Shown one piece after another: positions 61,848 through 64,000 of a stretch of 64,000 nucleotides of DNA (the first letter of the stretch is position 1; each line of letters opens with the position of its first letter). Made by a program: the position numbers and the translations under genes. This DNA is from Candidatus Hydrogenedentota bacterium (GTDB lineage Bacteria; Hydrogenedentota; Hydrogenedentia; Hydrogenedentales; CAITNO01). The stretch spans positions 98,859 to 162,858 of the forward strand of contig JAAYBJ010000003.1 of assembly GCA_012730105.1 (NCBI GenBank), read 5' to 3'. A model generated the notes under the pieces. It saw only the letters and a list, made by a program, of their open reading frames with translations, had not been told where the DNA came from and ran no database searches.

Positions 61848-62966
61848 CAGGATTTCCGCGATGCGTTCGGAGGCGTGGCCGTCGCCATAAGGATTAACTG
61901 CATGGGCCATTTCCGCACGGGCTTGCGGGTCTTCGAGGAGACGCGCGCAGGCGGCAACAATCCTTTCCTCGTCCGCGCCTACGAGCAGGGCAGTGCCCGC
62001 CTCCACGGCTTCGGGCCGTTCCGTGGTATCGCGCATGACGAGCACGGGCTTGCCGAGATGGGGCGCCTCTTCCTGAACGCCGCCGGAATCGGTGAGCAGC
62101 AGGCTGGCGCGGTCCATGGCCCAGACGAAGGGTTCGTAGGCCAGTGGTTCGATGAGGTGCACGTTTTCGCGCCCGGACAGCAGGCGTGCCACGGGTTCGC
62201 GCACGTTGGGGTTGAGGTGAACGGGATAGACGAATTCGCAGCGGGGGAAGCGCTCAGCGAGGCGCGCGACGGCGCGACAGATGGCCTCGAAACCGCCGCC
62301 GAAATTTTCGCGGCGATGCCCGGTGATGAGCACCATCAGCCGGTCATCGGCGAGCCGCGCTGCAGGAAAATCGGGCGGCAGAGTCGGCGCGCACGCGCGC
62401 ACACGCGCCACCACGAGATCAAGAGCGTCAATGACGGTGTTGCCCGTAACCCATACACGGTTTTCTTCAATGCCTTGGGCAAGCAGGTTGTCACGGGCCC
62501 GGGACGTAGGCGCGAAATGGAAATCGGCGAGGCAGGAAATCATCTGGCGGTTTGCCTCTTCGGGCCAGGGGGCGAAGCGGTTCCAGGTGCGCAGGCCCGC
62601 CTCGACATGGGCGACCCGCACACCGGCGTAGAACGCGGCGAGGGACGCGGCAAAGGCGGTGGTGGTGTCGCCCTGCACGATGAGCACGTCCGGCCGCTCC
62701 CTGGCAAAGGTCTCCTGGAAGCGGCCGAGTACGGCGGCGGCGACATCCGAGGGGGTCTGCCCTGGACGCATGACCTGAAAGTCGCGGTCGGGCGTCAGCG
62801 CAAACGTGGCCAGGGCCTGGTCAAGCAGTTCCCGGTGCTGGCCGGTGGTCCAGAATTGGGGCGAAAAACGTTCCGGCTCACGCCGCAGCCGCAGGTACAG
62901 AGGGGCGAGCTTGATGACCTCCGGCCGGGTGCCCATGACCAGCGTGGCCTGCAACGGGCGCGTCAT
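61770..62966 (-). CDS. wecB: UDP-N-acetylglucosamine 2-epimerase (non-hydrolysing)
   Basis: GTRPEVIK, QGDTTT, HVEAGLR, HRREN, TDSGGVQEEAP, TERPE, NPYGDG. Confidence 0.95.
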   Translation of the reverse strand: MTRPLQATLVMGTRPEVIKLAPLYLRLRREPERFSPQFWTTGQHRELLDQALATFALTPDRDFQVMRPGQTPSDVAAAVLGRFQETFARERPDVLIVQGDTTTAFAASLAAFYAGVRVAHVEAGLRTWNRFAPWPEEANRQMISCLADFHFAPTSRARDNLLAQGIEENRVWVTGNTVIDALDLVVARVRACAPTLPPDFPAARLADDRLMVLITGHRRENFGGGFEAICRAVARLAERFPRCEFVYPVHLNPNVREPVARLLSGRENVHLIEPLAYEPFVWAMDRASLLLTDSGGVQEEAPHLGKPVLVMRDTTERPEAVEAGTALLVGADEERIVAACARLLEDPQARAEMAHAVNPYGDGHASERIAEILGNAEFGTRKEEEITTKEHKKNKKRR

Positions 62967-64000
62967 GAGCGGCGCTCCCGCCGGGAAGCGGAACGGCCGG
63001 CGCCCAGCAGGGTCACCTCGAATCCGGCCGTGGCCCAGGCGCGGTGGTCCAGCATATTGCGCGTATCATAGACGCGGCGGTGGCGCATGTGCTCCGCCAC
63101 CCGGGCCGGGTCGAGTTGACGGAATTCCGTGTGGTCCGTGAGCAGCAACGCCAGGTCCGCGCCGGCGAGGCATTCCTTGGGCGGGGCCAGCGGCACGGGC
63201 GCCTTGCGCACATGAGGGTCGTAGCACAGGATTTCGACGCCCTTGTCCCGAAGCCCGGCGGCCACCTTCAACGCGGGGCTTTCCCGGGTATCGTCCACGT
63301 CGGCCTTGTAGGCCAGGCCGAGCACGGCCACCCGGGGTTTCTTCACATCGGCGAGCAGCGTCAGTGCGGTGTCGATCACGTGGGCGGGCATAGAATCGTT
63401 GCGTTCGCGCGCACAACGGATCATACCCGAAGCATCTGGAAAGGATTCCACGAGAAACCACGGGTCCACGGCAATGCAGTGGCCGCCGACACCCGGTCCC
63501 GCTTGGTGCACGTTGACACGGGGGTGCCGGTTGGCGTTGCGGGCCACTTCCCAAAAATTGATGCCCAACTGTTCGCACTGCAGGGCAATCTCGTTCGCCA
63601 AGGCAATATTCACGTCGCGGAAGGTGTTCTCCACGATTTTAATCATCTCGGCGGTTGTCGCCGAGGTCAGCACGATCTCCCCTTTCACGAAGCGGGCATA
63701 CAGGTCGCGCGCCTTAACCGCGCTTTCGGCGGTGATGCCGCCCACGACCCGGTCGTTGCGCACCAGCTCCTCCAGGATCTTTCCCGGCAGCACCCGTTCC
63801 GGGCAGTAGGCCAGGAAAAGGTCCGTCCCCACGGCAAGGCCGCCCCGTTCGAGGATGGGACGCAGCAGGTCGCGACAGGTGCCGGGCGGCGAGGTGGATT
63901 CCAGGATAACCAGGTTTCCCGGGCGCAGGCAGGGCAGGATTGATTCCGCGGCCCCCACCACGCAAGACATGTCGGCGCCGTGGTCCGCGGTGATAGGCGT
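62963..64000 (-). CDS. wecC: UDP-N-acetyl-D-mannosamine dehydrogenase (5' part outside the window)
   Basis: LESTSPPGT, CPERVLPG, ENTFRDVNIA.ANE, GPGVGGHCIAVDPWF, GLAYK.DVDD.RESP. Confidence 0.9.
   Translation of the reverse strand, partial: TPITADHGADMSCVVGAAESILPCLRPGNLVILESTSPPGTCRDLLRPILERGGLAVGTDLFLAYCPERVLPGKILEELVRNDRVVGGITAESAVKARDLYARFVKGEIVLTSATTAEMIKIVENTFRDVNIALANEIALQCEQLGINFWEVARNANRHPRVNVHQAGPGVGGHCIAVDPWFLVESFPDASGMIRCARERNDSMPAHVIDTALTLLADVKKPRVAVLGLAYKADVDDTRESPALKVAAGLRDKGVEILCYDPHVRKAPVPLAPPKECLAGADLALLLTDHTEFRQLDPARVAEHMRHRRVYDTRNMLDHRAWATAGFEVTLLGAGRSASRRERRS

Overview
GC-rich bacterial chromosome segment with no phage, integrase, transposase or CRISPR array detected. 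The gene content (diderm secretin, Tat-exported Gfo/Idh/MocA enzymes, an HzsA-like protein, an Ig domain plus LPVxG-TM-RR tail) suggests Candidatus Hydrogenedentota or a PVC-like lineage; this is inference only. In order: GH78 rhamnosidase, ilvE, a nine-gene type II secretion-like operon (G,H,I,J,K,L,M,C,D, no E/F/O), ADP-forming acyl-CoA ligase plus a CoA-transferase-GNAT fusion, a GT4/WecA/O-antigen-ligase trio, a DUF1573 lipoprotein, PqaA, a large S8 protease, tRNA-Pro(CGG), sugar-metabolism genes, an orphan pilin, xth-acyltransferase-wzm-glmU, an FMN-riboswitch-led ribD-E-BA-H-nusB operon, tatA-Gfo-HEAT, redoxins, an HzsA-like diheme protein and the end of a wecC-wecB-radical SAM locus. 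The best candidate for an undescribed system is the T2SS variant: its secretin has four KH-type N-repeats and ends in an ExbD/TolR-like domain, its GspC-like partner has a 14-proline run, and its GspM-like protein has an extra CBM-like domain. Other highlights are a sortase-like LPVSG tail and a somatomedin-B domain on the S8 protease, and a family of short-period degenerate repeats at gene ends. All calls are by-eye motif recognition without database searches.
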